DNA of 64,000 nucleotides from positions 10,666,001 to 10,730,000 of the forward strand of contig NC_045696.1 in assembly GCF_009834535.1 (NCBI RefSeq), in the 5' to 3' direction. Each line of letters starts with the position of its first letter. Within the stretch, counting starts at the first letter, position 1. Origin of the DNA: Camelus ferus. Lineage: Eukaryota. The notes beneath the pieces are model-generated. The model worked only from the letters and a program-made list of their open reading frames with translations, was not told where the DNA came from and searched no databases. A program made the translations under genes and the position numbers. Shown here in pieces: positions 1 to 11,500 of the stretch.

Positions 1-3000
1 AAAGCTTTTGTTTTGGTTTTTGTTTTTTGCCTAAATTCTAGTAGTGACGGCAGGACCAGGGACACCTAATGTCTTGAAGGTGTGGGCTGAGTGAGGTCTG
101 CCTTCTGCCCCAATTGTCATCCCTGACATCTCATTACCGTCCTTCCTGATAGAAGCCACCAAGATGAGCCCAAACACCCACCGCTGACCTCAGGGCATTT
201 TAACTCAAGAAAGAGGCCGAATTAGCTGGAGTGTCCACCCGCTGTGTTCAGGATATGCTGAATCCCAGCTTCACGTCGGTTAGACTTGCTCTAGGAGTGT
301 CAATCACAGCCAGAACCCTGAATGAGAGGGGAGGAGGGAGTGACCACCTTGAGAGTGGAGGACCAGGAAGGAAATCTAGGGAGGGCTGTCCTTCCCCCAC
401 ACGAAGCCTCATTCCTTTCAGAGTCTGGTTTTACAACTTTCCTTAACCGGCCTCGGCTTCCTTGTCTCTACTTTTTCATGCTTTTGTATTCTCATCTGTA
501 AAACGAGGTAATAAACTGTTACAAAATGAAGTCATGTAAAATGCCTAGAACACTGCTTAGTGCCTGATAGATGCACACTAGTTCTTGTCGATGCGGGATC
601 ATTTTTATTCCTACAGGGGCTGTTCCAGCATCTCCACTATGAGCTCTTCCTCTTCCCAGCTGCCTGCCCCCAGGTGAGGTGGCTTTTCTCTCTCTTGCTC
701 TCCCCACAGATGTGTTCTCATCTGACCTCATTATTTCAGAGTCTCCAGATTGTATGACTTTGGCATTCTCTAAGGAGTTACCGATGTTAACTTAGAAGCT
801 TCTGGGACACAACAGCCCTTCCGGATCCCAGTGCTGGGGCCTCCGGCGAGCTTCCTCCTCCCCCATTGCCTACCTCTGGCTGGTGCAGCACGTGCAGGGC
901 CCCCGTCAGGGTGCGTGTCCTCTGTCCCGGGATTTGACGGCAGCCAGCCTCTTGGAGAACCATTCACATCCACGAAAATCACTGAACAAAAAGGTGCCTA
1001 CACTATTGAGAAAATCAGGTCAGAGTCCATCAGCATCAGAACACTGAGGGTCTACATGGAAACACTGAAAGACAGCCTCAAAGACCCTGCCTCCCCCTCT
1101 ACCCAGCTGCCCTTGCCCATCAGCTGTCCGTTCCCTTGCCGTCTGAATGTTGCTTTCCTAAACCTTAGTGACTAACATGTAATCATCGGAGGATCTCTCA
1201 AAGGGTTTGCTTTGCCTCCACTGCTCCCTGTCACCAATCTGGGCCTCCCTCGGGGCTTGGGGTCCAGGCTGCCGGAGAAAGTTCGGGTGACTGAGTTGTA
1301 GGCTGGTCACCTGGCAGGGCATTGGCCCTGAGTCTGCCTCTTTCGATGCCACTCGCAGGGACAGACCGAGGGTTGAGCAGAGAGGCTGGAAAAAGCCAGA
1401 GGCCAGAGGTTTTCCAGAGGGCAGAAAGGACGTGTTCACCTCCTGCTAGGATTCCTGTTTCCAGAAGATTCCAGTTCCACTAGAACAAACCGAGGGAGCA
1501 GCTTTTGCCTCCCCAAAGCAGGTCCTGGATCCTGGCATCGCTGCCTCCGACTACCTGTATGGCCTCAGGCGTGTCTCCTGATCTTCCTGGGCCATAGTTG
1601 CCTTATTCAGTAGGGAAGAGGGTGGACAGATAACCTCTAAAGTCTCTTGCGCCATTGGCATTGATCTGGCACTTGTGACCTGCATGCTCTGTCCTTCGTG
1701 GTCATTGAGAGAGGCTGAGTGGCAAAGAGAAATTACTCTCTGCCCTCAATCCCTGCATTCCCCCCACCCCTCACCCCCAGGGCATCAAGCAGCCTGTAGT
1801 GTTTAAGGCCTGGTTGTCCTGAGCTCAGAGCCTGAGATCGGGCCTGTCAATAATAGCCAGAAGCAACTTTTTCTAATGGAGGCGCAGTTTCCACACGAGC
1901 AGAAGGAATTTGATTTAACTTCTGATCAGGCATTTCAGCTTTTATGCTGGGCTTTGTTAAAAAGGATAGGACAGGATGGCTTGAAGAAGTCATTTGCAAC
2001 ATCCCCATAAATAAAGAGGCTAATTTATGTCTTGAGGATTAACTTGCTACTGTTTTCACACTGTATTTGGTAGAAGAAGCTGGACCTTGCTTGAAAACAG
2101 TATTTCCCTACAATGAAAATCTGCTTGATGAAAGTGAATCTGTGTTTTAGAAAACATGACATGTTTCAGTCTGTTGCTTCTTGAGCCTACTTCAGTGAAG
2201 GTGCTATTCTTCTGACTGAATATTTATGAGAGGGGAGAGGCAGTGAGCTAGCGAGAAAATGCCTTCTGGAGGAAATGCACTTCCCCAAGAGATGTGCTGT
2301 GTGCCATGATGAGAAAACTAACCATCACCGTGTTTTTGGCAAGTTCATAAAGCATCCTTGTGTGGCAGAAAGAAAAGTCCTTCTTCTGGGTGGCTTCCTT
2401 TATGGCCTAAGAGGTCTAGCTAGCAGGCTGAAGCTCTGAGTATTGATCACCAACTTGGACCCATCCTCGCCTGCATACCTGGGCAGTCAGCAAAGACTAG
2501 ATGGGCTGCCCTGAACTAGATGGACAGCACTGTTGTTAATAATCTGAAATCCGGTAAAATGAAATACTTCCCACGCTTGGGGTGGAGACCCTTCCTGGAT
2601 GGGTATACTTACCTTCCGCATTGTGTATTTCACAAGGCTGTATTTTCATACCTGGTATAGTCAGTTTCCCTTAGAGAAGAACTCCTGTAAATAGGCCATC
2701 GCTGCAGGCTAGGGAAATCCCACAGTGCATTTAATCTTCTGTATACTGACTGCTCACCTGGCCTCCAGCACATATAACAACATAATTTCTCAGGGCCTTG
2801 TGTATTTTCCCCTTAGGTTCTGTTCACTCTCGTCCCTGGGACCGCAAGTTGGTGGTTGGCTGGATGCAGGGACCATTTTTTGGCATCAAGCAGCGTGTTC
2901 CTTCTCATCTTGTTTCTGAAGTGTGGTGTACCTTTCTCAAGGACCCTGCCTTACAGCCTTTCTGCTTCCCCTACCCCTTCTAAAACCAGCTTAAATGTGT

Positions 3001-3584
3001 TCCTTCTGCAAAAAGTCTGCCTGCAGATTTCAAAAAGCAACTCATTGCTCTACAATATACATGTCTGTGCTTAAACACTGTGCCTGCAGAATACACTGCC
3101 TTCCCATAGATATATGTTGAGAGGTCTAACTTTGCATTTTGAGCTCCATATATGGTTACCTTTTACCTGTTTTATTCTACAGGACTTCTGAATGCCCACT
3201 GATGCTATTTTTGAGATGTACATTTCTTATAAGGAGCGGGTCTGCTGATTTTGCTTGGCACCTTGGCCAATAAGATAGGCAGATAACTTAAGTATTTTAA
3301 TGATACCCAGAATATCCCTGCATATCCTTGTGAAATTCATTCAAAATCTTTAGCAGTTCTGGAGAGCAGGATAGGGTGTGATTTTCTCAGTTAAATAAAA
3401 AACCACCTCTTGCATTACCTTTCCTATAAGGCACCGGTACTTGCTCCGATATGTAAGTAGAGACAGGAGGGAGACCACCCACTCCTTTTCTGCCCTGTAG
3501 CTTTCTGCTTCTTTTAGAGATGGTTTTCCAGATGATGATGGCATTTAAGTGATGGAGCTGGGACTATGAAAGGACTTGCTTTCT

Positions 3585-3706
3585 TTCTTTTCATATTTTT
3601 TAAAGATTTTCTTCTTTTTTTTGTTAATGGATGTACTGGGGATTGAACCTAGGACCTCGTGCATGCTAAGCATGCATTCTACCAGTGAGCTATAACTCCC
3701 ACCCCC
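3585..3706 (-). mobile_element. tRNA-Ala-derived SINE (camelid Vic-1-like)
   Basis: Minus strand GGGAGTTATAGCTCACTGGTAGAATGCATGCTTAGCATGCACGAGGTCCTAGGTTCAATCCCCAGTACATCC has A and B boxes and an A-rich tail. Degenerate TSD AGGACTTGCTTTCT (3571) / AGGACTTATTTCT (3707). Confidence 0.85.
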
Positions 3707-4760
3707 AGGACTTATTTCTAGTATCTTATAAATATTTTTCTCAGGAGGACCTGATTTGGTTTTGATTTAGTTGTTCATTTTCTTTCTGTCCATCATCAAG
3801 ATGTCCAGATGCAAGGTAAGCAAAGACAGCTATTAAATAAACAGAAGGCTGCAATTCACATTTAGCTATAATAGAAGCCTGTGACTTTTCTGACAGCAGA
3901 GTTGAGAAAAGAATAAGAAATTCTTCCCAGAAATGGGTTGGTGTATAGAGCTACTTTCTCTCACGTCATCTCCTGCCCCTCCCCTTGAGTACACTTAGCC
4001 AGGATGGTAGGGAAGGCAACCCCCGTCCTGCCAGCCCTCTTTCCCTCCAACCCCTTTTGTGTTCCCAAAGTGAATACTCGTCTTCCCAACATGGGTACAT
4101 GCTTCAGATTAACCAATGAGGATAAAATTCAGTCACCTCATTTGGGTTTTCTTTAATTTCCCACAGATTAAAGGGACGCTATTTCTCCCCTAAGATCCTC
4201 CGACCTTTAAATGTGGATTTTATTAATAATGTCGAATGTTTAAATGTTGCATGTGAGCAAGTACCCATTCCAAATTCTTTGTAACATCGCCAATTAGACA
4301 GTAGAGTTTTCTTCACTTGTTAGAATAAAATGATGTCCCAGGTACTTCATTTCCTAGGAGACAACTCCAACATGATTTAAATGACAGGGGGAAGCTCTTA
4401 GCTGGGAGATATTGTTTAAGCTTCTGTCCACTAAGACAGAAAAGATAGATTTCTGAGAAAGATGATGAGATATAAAATAATTTTATCTTAACTGTATTTG
4501 TTAAACTATTTTTTCCCCCAGAGGTCAAAGTTGTAGTGTAAAAAGACCCATCCCCAAGCTGGGCTAAGAACTAATTCCTGGAATTCCTCCCTCCCTCTCA
4601 CCCACTGGCTCACTCGCATCTGATGCCGAACTTGACCTACAGTTGACTTCATTGGATTAGTTTACAAATCAAGAAGTCAAGTTTGTAATTTTTGAACCCT
4701 CATCGTTTAATTATTACCCATCATCCTGAGGTTCTGGATTCACCAGGGCACCAGGACATT

Positions 4761-4811
4761 TTTATTAACAAACAAATCAGACGAAAAACGTAAGGTCTTT
4801 AAATGTTTATT
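4761..4811 (-). terminator. OLIG1 polyadenylation signals (two AATAAA)
   Basis: TTTATT on plus at 4806-4811 and 4761-4766. A U/GU-rich run (minus strand CGTTTTTCGTCTG...TTTGTTTGTT) follows the first signal. Confidence 0.7.
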
Positions 4812-6145
4812 TTGTTGATTCTTCACAGCGCAACCAAAGTTAGAGAGAGGAAAAAAAATAAAAGCCAGTTAAATTCGGCTACTACCAGCAACCAAAAACC
4901 TCAGACACGAAATTCAAAGCAAGCTGATGAAAGATTATAAAAATATCTTGGATGAAGTAATTTGTTAACGTCTGTAACAAATCAAGACCGGTCATCTGTG
5001 TAGTTCTTCAGTCGCAAAGCGGCTGGAAGATCTGCCCCACGCGCTGGTCAAAGACCCCGCACGCGAAGGGACAGCGCAGAAAACGCCATCCTGAGGTGGC
5101 CACCGCAGCGGGGACCCTCCGAGCTGCCTGCGGTGTGGGGCTCCCGGTCCCCCTCCACGTCTCTTGATGAGACACAACGTTAATTAGAGGTCTTGCTTTC
5201 CGACAAGAGGTCAACCGGGAGCGCATTGCTACCTATTTTAGTACAGCGGGAACCCGGTCTGCGGGAAAGGTGGTTGGTTTTAAGCAAGCTCCAACGTTGG
5301 TTACGCTACCTTTGGGGGTGGGGTGGGGGTGCAAAATGGCGAATCTCGAGTTCTAAACTGTCCTTCTAAGAAGACCCCAGGATTTAAGAGCGAATAACGT
5401 CCGCAACAAAACACCCGGTTATGCGATTCTCAAAAACTGCACTCTAATAGTGGGGGTACAAAATCGGACTTTACAACCCAGCACACCCATCGACCCAGGA
5501 GTTGTCATTCCCCCTCCCGCGGCACTGCGATGCCAATCGTCCAGCCGCTGAGGGTCGTTTCGTCTGCTACGCTCGACACCGTCTGTACCGAATAACTGAT
5601 CTTTTTCGGCTTCCTGAGGTCCGGCAGCCTCCTCTAACAGGGCTTGGCTGCTGGGAACCAGGACGCCTGTGACCTCTGGCTGGGCAGAAGGAAACACTCC
5701 CACCCCTACCCCACGCCCTCTGAGAGCAGCCCGTTGGTCCTCTAGCTGGGTAGATGTCCCCTCAGTAAGCAGTCGTGCTCGAGGCTGGCCTGCCGCCGCA
5801 CCTCGTGCGAGCACGGCACCCCAAAATCCACACCACCCCTGCGAAGCGCACGGCTCCAGGAACCGGGAGAGACAGGCGCTGGGTGACAGTGGCAGTGAGA
5901 GCGCGCGCTTGCTGCCCAAAGCAGCTGGAATCGATTCAGAACCCCAAACAGCCCCCACGCGCCGTCGAACATCTGCTAGGGTCACTTTAACTTCCCCGGG
6001 GTGGGGGCGGGGAAGGGGGCGCCCAACAGTCCCTTTATCTGGGGGAGAAGTTTCGAAATGCCCTCCTTGCTCGGCGGCTCGGGGCGCGCAGAAGCTGGGC
6101 GGCGGGAAGCCGGGGGAAGGTCGCGTCCCGGGCCCGGGCCAGCCC

Positions 6146-6952
6146 TCACTTGGAGAACTGCGCCTGCACCGCGGCCAGGCCCAGGCCTGCCGGGACGAGG
6201 TGCGGGAACTTGCAGACGGCGCAGGTGCAGAGGCCGGGGCTGCTCGCGCCGCCGCCCGGGCCGCCGCCGGGGAGCGCGAACTGGCCGCACGGCGGCTCAT
6301 CGAGCGCCAGTGACAGGTACTTGGCCGGGCGCAGCGCGTCGGGCGGCCCCACGGCGCCGGGCGCCAGCAGCACAGAGCCGGGCGCGGCAGCAAGCAGGGG
6401 CAGGCCGGCCAGCAGCAGGCGCGGCGCAGCGGGCCCAGCGCCCTCGCCGAGCGCGCGGCGCAGCTCCTGCAGCGAGCTGCCTAGTAGCAGGATGTAGTTG
6501 CGGGCGAGCAGAAGCGTGGCGATCTTGGAGAGCTTGCGGCCGGGCGCGCCCTGGCAGTGCGCCGCGGAATAGGGCAGGATGACCTCGCGCAGCGCGTCCA
6601 TGGCCAGGTTCAGATCCTGCATGCGCTTCCGCTCGCGGCTGTTGATCTTGCGCCGCAGCTGCTGTTGCTGCTCTTCTTTGGCGTCCGCCCGGGAGCCTCC
6701 GCCCGCGTGCGCACCCGGCCCGGATCCTGTGCCCAGCGGCTCGGCTGGCGCCTCCGGCTTCTCGCGCGCCACCTTGGGGAGGAGGGGGGCCATCGTGGAG
6801 GAGGAGGAAGTGGAGGAGGAGGAGGAGGGCGGCTGCCGGTAGCCCACCAGCTCGTACAGGGAGGCCCCGAGCTGCACGTCTCCAGGCCGCTGTGGCCGAA
6901 GCATGGTCGTGGGGGCCGCGTTCACGCGCGCCTGGGAAACCGCATAGTACAT
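6146..6952 (-). CDS. OLIG1: Oligodendrocyte transcription factor 1 (bHLH), intronless, 268 aa
   Basis: [14 protein letters not shown]... with Ser tract, b[30 protein letters not shown]...[19 protein letters not shown] and C-terminus [10 protein letters not shown]...[11 protein letters not shown] at 6952-6950, TGA at 6148-6146. Recognised from mammalian OLIG1. Confidence 0.98.
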   Translation of the reverse strand: MYYAVSQARVNAAPTTMLRPQRPGDVQLGASLYELVGYRQPPSSSSSTSSSSTMAPLLPKVAREKPEAPAEPLGTGSGPGAHAGGGSRADAKEEQQQQLRRKINSRERKRMQDLNLAMDALREVILPYSAAHCQGAPGRKLSKIATLLLARNYILLLGSSLQELRRALGEGAGPAAPRLLLAGLPLLAAAPGSVLLAPGAVGPPDALRPAKYLSLALDEPPCGQFALPGGGPGGGASSPGLCTCAVCKFPHLVPAGLGLAAVQAQFSK

Positions 6953-7083
6953 CTGGGGGGCGGTGAGGGGCGGCCGAGGCGCCCTTCAGGAACGCCCCGG
7001 GGTGGGCCTTTCAGCAGGCCGCCCCTCCCCGCAGACCTGCGCGCGGGGAGCCGATGGCAGAGCAGCAGCCCGCGCCGGACCCC

Positions 7084-7173
7084 TTTAAACCCGGCTTGGG
7101 AACCTGCGGGGCCGCGGGCTGCTGGGCGCAGCCAATAGGGGCGCGAGGTTTGGCGCAGGCGCGTGCTCATTGG
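7084..7173 (-). promoter_or_regulatory. OLIG1 core promoter
   Basis: TATA-like TTTAAA 7084-7089 in GC-rich flanks, ~135 nt upstream of the ATG. CCAAT boxes at 7132-7136 (plus) and 7169-7173 (minus). Confidence 0.7.
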
Positions 7174-7384
7174 GCGCGGAGGTGCCGCTGGCAAGGCTCA
7201 AGGAGATTATTGTGAGCGCGCGTTGGAGTCACAGGACAGGCACCCCGGGAGGGAGGGAGGAACGCGCCTTTTCGGGTGCAGTGTGGTTGTTACTGGAGGG
7301 CTGGTGGCATTGGTGAAGCCAAAACTCCTGTGCCTACCTCCTTCTGCTCTGCCTCTTCTTTTTGGTATACATATGCATATTGGT

Positions 7385-7850
7385 TTGTTTTAAATTGTGT
7401 TCAATACACATAAAATTTACCATCTTAACTTTTACAAGTATGTAGTTCAGTAGTGTTAAGTGCATTCACATTGTTGTGCAACCCATCTGCAGAACTCTCA
7501 TCTTGCAAAACTGAAACTCTTTACTCATTAAACAATTCCCCATCTCCCCTGCAACTCCAGGCAACCATTGATCTTCTATGAATCTGATTACCCTAGGTAC
7601 TTCATGTAAGTGGAACTATACAGTGTGTATTTTTTAGCGACCTGCTTATTTTATTTAGCATAATATCTTCAGTGTTCACCCGTGCTTTAGCATGTGTCAG
7701 GATTTTGTTTCTTTTTAAGGCTGAATAATAAATAGTCCATTGTATGTATACGCCACATTTAGTTTATCCAGCTCTCTGTAGATGGACGCTTGGGTTGCCT
7801 CCACCTTTTGATCATTGTGAATAATGCTACTATGAGCATGGTTGCAACAT
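7385..7850 (-). mobile_element. LINE-1 3' end fragment (L1MB-like)
   Basis: Typical antisense L1MB 3' UTR text: AAAATTTACCATCTTAAC...CATTCACATTGTTGTGCAACC...GGCTGAATAA...TTGTGAATAATGCT. Confidence 0.85.
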
Positions 7851-8304
7851 GTTGTTTTTTTTTTTTTAACATGTGATTTCCTGTGAGGTTTTGAGAACAA
7901 AATGTCTGGGCTCAATGACCAGTAGCATCAAAATGGCTACTCCCAGCCTCTGCCTCCCCTCTTCGTCTGATTAAAAGGTCATTATGGACTAAGGAGCTTT
8001 TAGGTTGGGTTTCTTTCCTCCCCAAAAGGGAAATGTATTCATTCTGTCAGCGACTCAACTCTTATTTAAGCAAAAACTCACACAGAAACGGACCTTTTAT
8101 CAGAAAACAAAACAAAACAAAACAGCAACCCATGCACACACTCGTATCTTCAGGGTGGAACTGAACTTTTCTCTTCCCCAAATAAAATAGCATTACTTGG
8201 TGGCTGTGGAAGTTTTCTACCCCAATACCAGGGCATACAACTGTGGTTTCTTATCCTTGCATAGCACAATGTCAAGGGGAAGAGGGCCTTATGGTATCTA
8301 AACC

Positions 8305-8500
8305 TCTACCATCCAATGTGGTAGCCACTAGCCACCTATGCCTATTAAAATTTAATTCATTAAAATAAAACCGAGTTAGAAATTTCGTTCCCCGGTTGCA
8401 CTAGCATTGCTTCAAGTGCTTAGCAGTGGCTACAGTGGCCACCTCCTGGACAGCACAGAGGGCATTTCATCATCACAGAGAGTTCTGTTGGACAGTGCTG
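8305..8500 (-). mobile_element. MER3-like hAT-Charlie DNA transposon
   Basis: GGTAGCCACTAGCCAC...AT-rich core...GTTCTGTTGGACAGTGCTG; similar to the copy at 29.2 kb. Confidence 0.75.
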
Positions 8501-11500
8501 ATGCTGACCGTGGTCCTCCTTGGTGTAAGAAGAGGGATGCTGTTGAAGGGCCTATCTCCATGGAGACTGATTTTAGCTCTCGGAGCCCATTGGCTGTGCT
8601 CGCTGATTTCAGGGCCGCTTTGTTCCATTTTCTTCCACCAACTTTCTCCCTGTAGGCTCACTCTGATCTTTGTTTCTGACCTTCAGCTTTGCCTGTAGCA
8701 TCCCGCCCAGGCCTCAGGGTCAGCTTCAACATTACTTTCTTCCCAAAGTCTTGGTGACTTCTCATCTGCTTCCTCTCACCATGCTCGGCAGACCATTGAT
8801 AGCGCTTCCCCACAGCCTAGGTTGTGTTATGTGGAGGTCATCTCTATTCAGTTGTGACTGTTCATTTCTTCATCCTCCCAAAGCTTTGCGATGAGTGTGT
8901 GTCCCAGGGGATCTGAGAACTGGTCTGAAATCTCCACTAGCTCACAGGTTCATCACTGAAATGTGCAAGCTCCCAACCATCCTTTAATCCAAGAGTTTCC
9001 CATAGGTTTCACAGAGAGGGAAGGGGCCTGATAGGACCCACCAGCAGGCTGGGGGGCTCACTTAGAGAAGAAGAGGCCTCAGCAGGAAGGACCTGAGTCC
9101 CCAAGCAGAACCATACTGGGCAGGAAGGAGAGAGACCAAGGAAATCGTCTTGAAAGTTTCAAGCAGTAAGTTTAAGATCTCACTAATCATTCCCTGTTTT
9201 GTTAAAGCATGCTGGTTTTCAAAGTATTTGATTCTTATGGGAACCCTATGAGCTGGGCATTTTTAAAATCCCTACTGTAGATGGTGAAACTGAGACTCCC
9301 AGGCGGTAGTGGATTTCTTGGGTTGACAATGTGCCTTCAGACAGGACAGGTGGAGCTGCAGCATCAGTGGCCAGCTTCCAGAATTGCCTCCATCTGGACC
9401 AGGCTTCCAGGAAGCTGAGGAGGGCGCCACGATGGGGAGGGCTGGGGACTCAGTAAAAGGAGGGAGGGGCAGCCTCGACCATGCCTGTATTGAGGAGTTG
9501 ATGGGTTTCGGTCATTGCTTGGAAGAAAAGGCTCCCAGGATCCCAGCTCCATGAACCCTGAACAGCCCTTTCTGGCGAAGCTCACCCTCACCCTGAGGAC
9601 CCCTCTGTCCTGTAGCTGAGGTGACAGATGGGGGTGGGCCCCAGCCACCTCACCCTCTGGCTCCCTCCTCTGCCCACGTCCTAGGGGGGGACCCTAAGGC
9701 CTTCCCCTGCCAGCAGGAAGAGGAAGTGAGTGAAAAAGATAGAAGCTCAACCTGGGACAGTGGCCTAAACAGCACCCTGCCCCTTTCCCATCCATCGTCA
9801 GGGGCGCCCCAGGAATCAGAGATGGAAATACACACACTACTCTTCCCCCACAAAGGGATGTCCCTAATGGTTCCCTTGAGCCCTTAACCTTCTCAAATCT
9901 CATCTTGGGGAAGGATTACTCCCTCCCCTGGCCAAGGACCCTGTCAGTCAGACACACTGTTCAGTATGTACTGACGGGCTCTCGGCGGAACCTCAGAAGA
10001 GAGCTCTGGGTGGCCGTGTGGGCCCAGCATGGGGACAGAATTTGGCGCTTGTTGAAGCTGGTGACTTGGATGCCCCCTCTGCTGGACTGGAGTTCCAGCG
10101 GCATGCAAAGTGTGACAGCTGGCAAGGGCCAGCAAGCCATTATAGCCCCTGGCAGGGGCCCCGTGGGCCAGCGCAAGGGGAGGCAGCTGCCGTGGCCTCC
10201 CACATTCAGGACATGCTTGGGGAACAACTTGCATCCACCATAACAACCACTCTTGTCTTTGCCTAAAGGGGTTGTGTGTGTGTGTGTTCATGACTCTTTT
10301 CATCCCAAGGAGGTGTGTGTGTCAGGCTTCCTTGTTCCTGCATAGAAACCTAAAGCATCTCCTGTCTGTCCCCCAACCCTCCCGCACCCCTTTTGCTTTG
10401 GGTCAAGAAGGTGGAACTGTTGCAGTGGCAGACAGTGGGGCCCCGAAGCCTCAGTGAGTGTGCAAGGGGGAAATGGGTGTTTTGGACACGGTGCCTTCCA
10501 CCCTTCTGTCAGCACAGACAGGCTGCAAAGCCCTCTGTTGTCCCTGGAGAGACTGTCTTCTTGCAGAAAGCCAGCTAGGTGGAAAAGATTGTCTTTGCTA
10601 GGATGTGCTGTTTAAACTGGCTGGAGCTTAGACCTGTAATGAAATAGCAGAGTTCACTTTAAAGTGCTGCTTTTTTCTAAGAAGGGCAAATTCTCTGGAA
10701 AGTTTCCATTACCCAAGAGGTTTGAAATTTACACTCTCGCTCTGAGAAGGGGCCGCCATATCTGATGTTTGCCCTTAATCAGCTTCCCCCACCCCATCCA
10801 AATATAGCTCAGCCTGGAACACAGAAGACAGAGAGGAGCTGCAGGGAGAGGGGCACTGAGCTTCTTTCTGGGTAGAGGAGAGGAACGGAGAGAGAAGACA
10901 GGGAGGAGGAGGTGGGTTACCCTTGGTAAGTGTCCTTGGATGGAGCACGGCTCCTTAGCCACGTTTGGTCCCCTCTCTGTTGGGGACCATCTCAACAGAA
11001 TCTAAGTCACAATTAGAAACAGTTCAGATTTAATAAAAGTTCCTGCTGGGAAAATCTGAAAGAGTACACATTTTGTTCATTTTCAAAAGGCAGTGTAAGT
11101 CAATTAAGTTGTCATGCACCAATATGATGTTTATAGTTACTTACGATGTTGCTGCAAAGCTCTGTGATTGTCACAGTGTCCTTACTCGCGGTGTGGAAGG
11201 GCAAAGGCGGTCATGCGGTGGTGTCTGTACTGGCTGAAACACTGAAGATCAAAGGTAGTAAGTGTGTTTCACAAATTTTATAAGAAGATTTATTCTCTTT
11301 TATTTTTAACAAGTGTCATGTTGACCTGATTTTAATAAAGTTGACTGCTGAAGATTATTTCCAAGATTCACTTTTGCCCTGTGCCTTCTTTTCTGTGGAA
11401 AGAATGAAAGGGAAAGAAATAAAAGAAATCAGATAACATCTGAGTATTTGAGGGGATTCTTTTTAATAACAAAATCTTGATATGGTTATTTGGGGCCATA

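Larger units (their letters stand above)
4990..7290. promoter_or_regulatory. CpG island over OLIG1
   Basis: Very high GC and unsuppressed CpG by eye; boundaries approximate. Confidence 0.85.

Noticed and set aside
3628..3700. Possible functional tRNA-Ala genes (also 24893-24966)
   Set aside because: Mismatched stems, A-rich retroposition tails and a degenerate TSD on one copy indicate SINEs.
5669..7138. Plus-strand ORFs of 115-214 aa over OLIG1
   Set aside because: Antisense shadows of GC-rich sequence; low-complexity R/G/A/P peptides with no recognisable domain.
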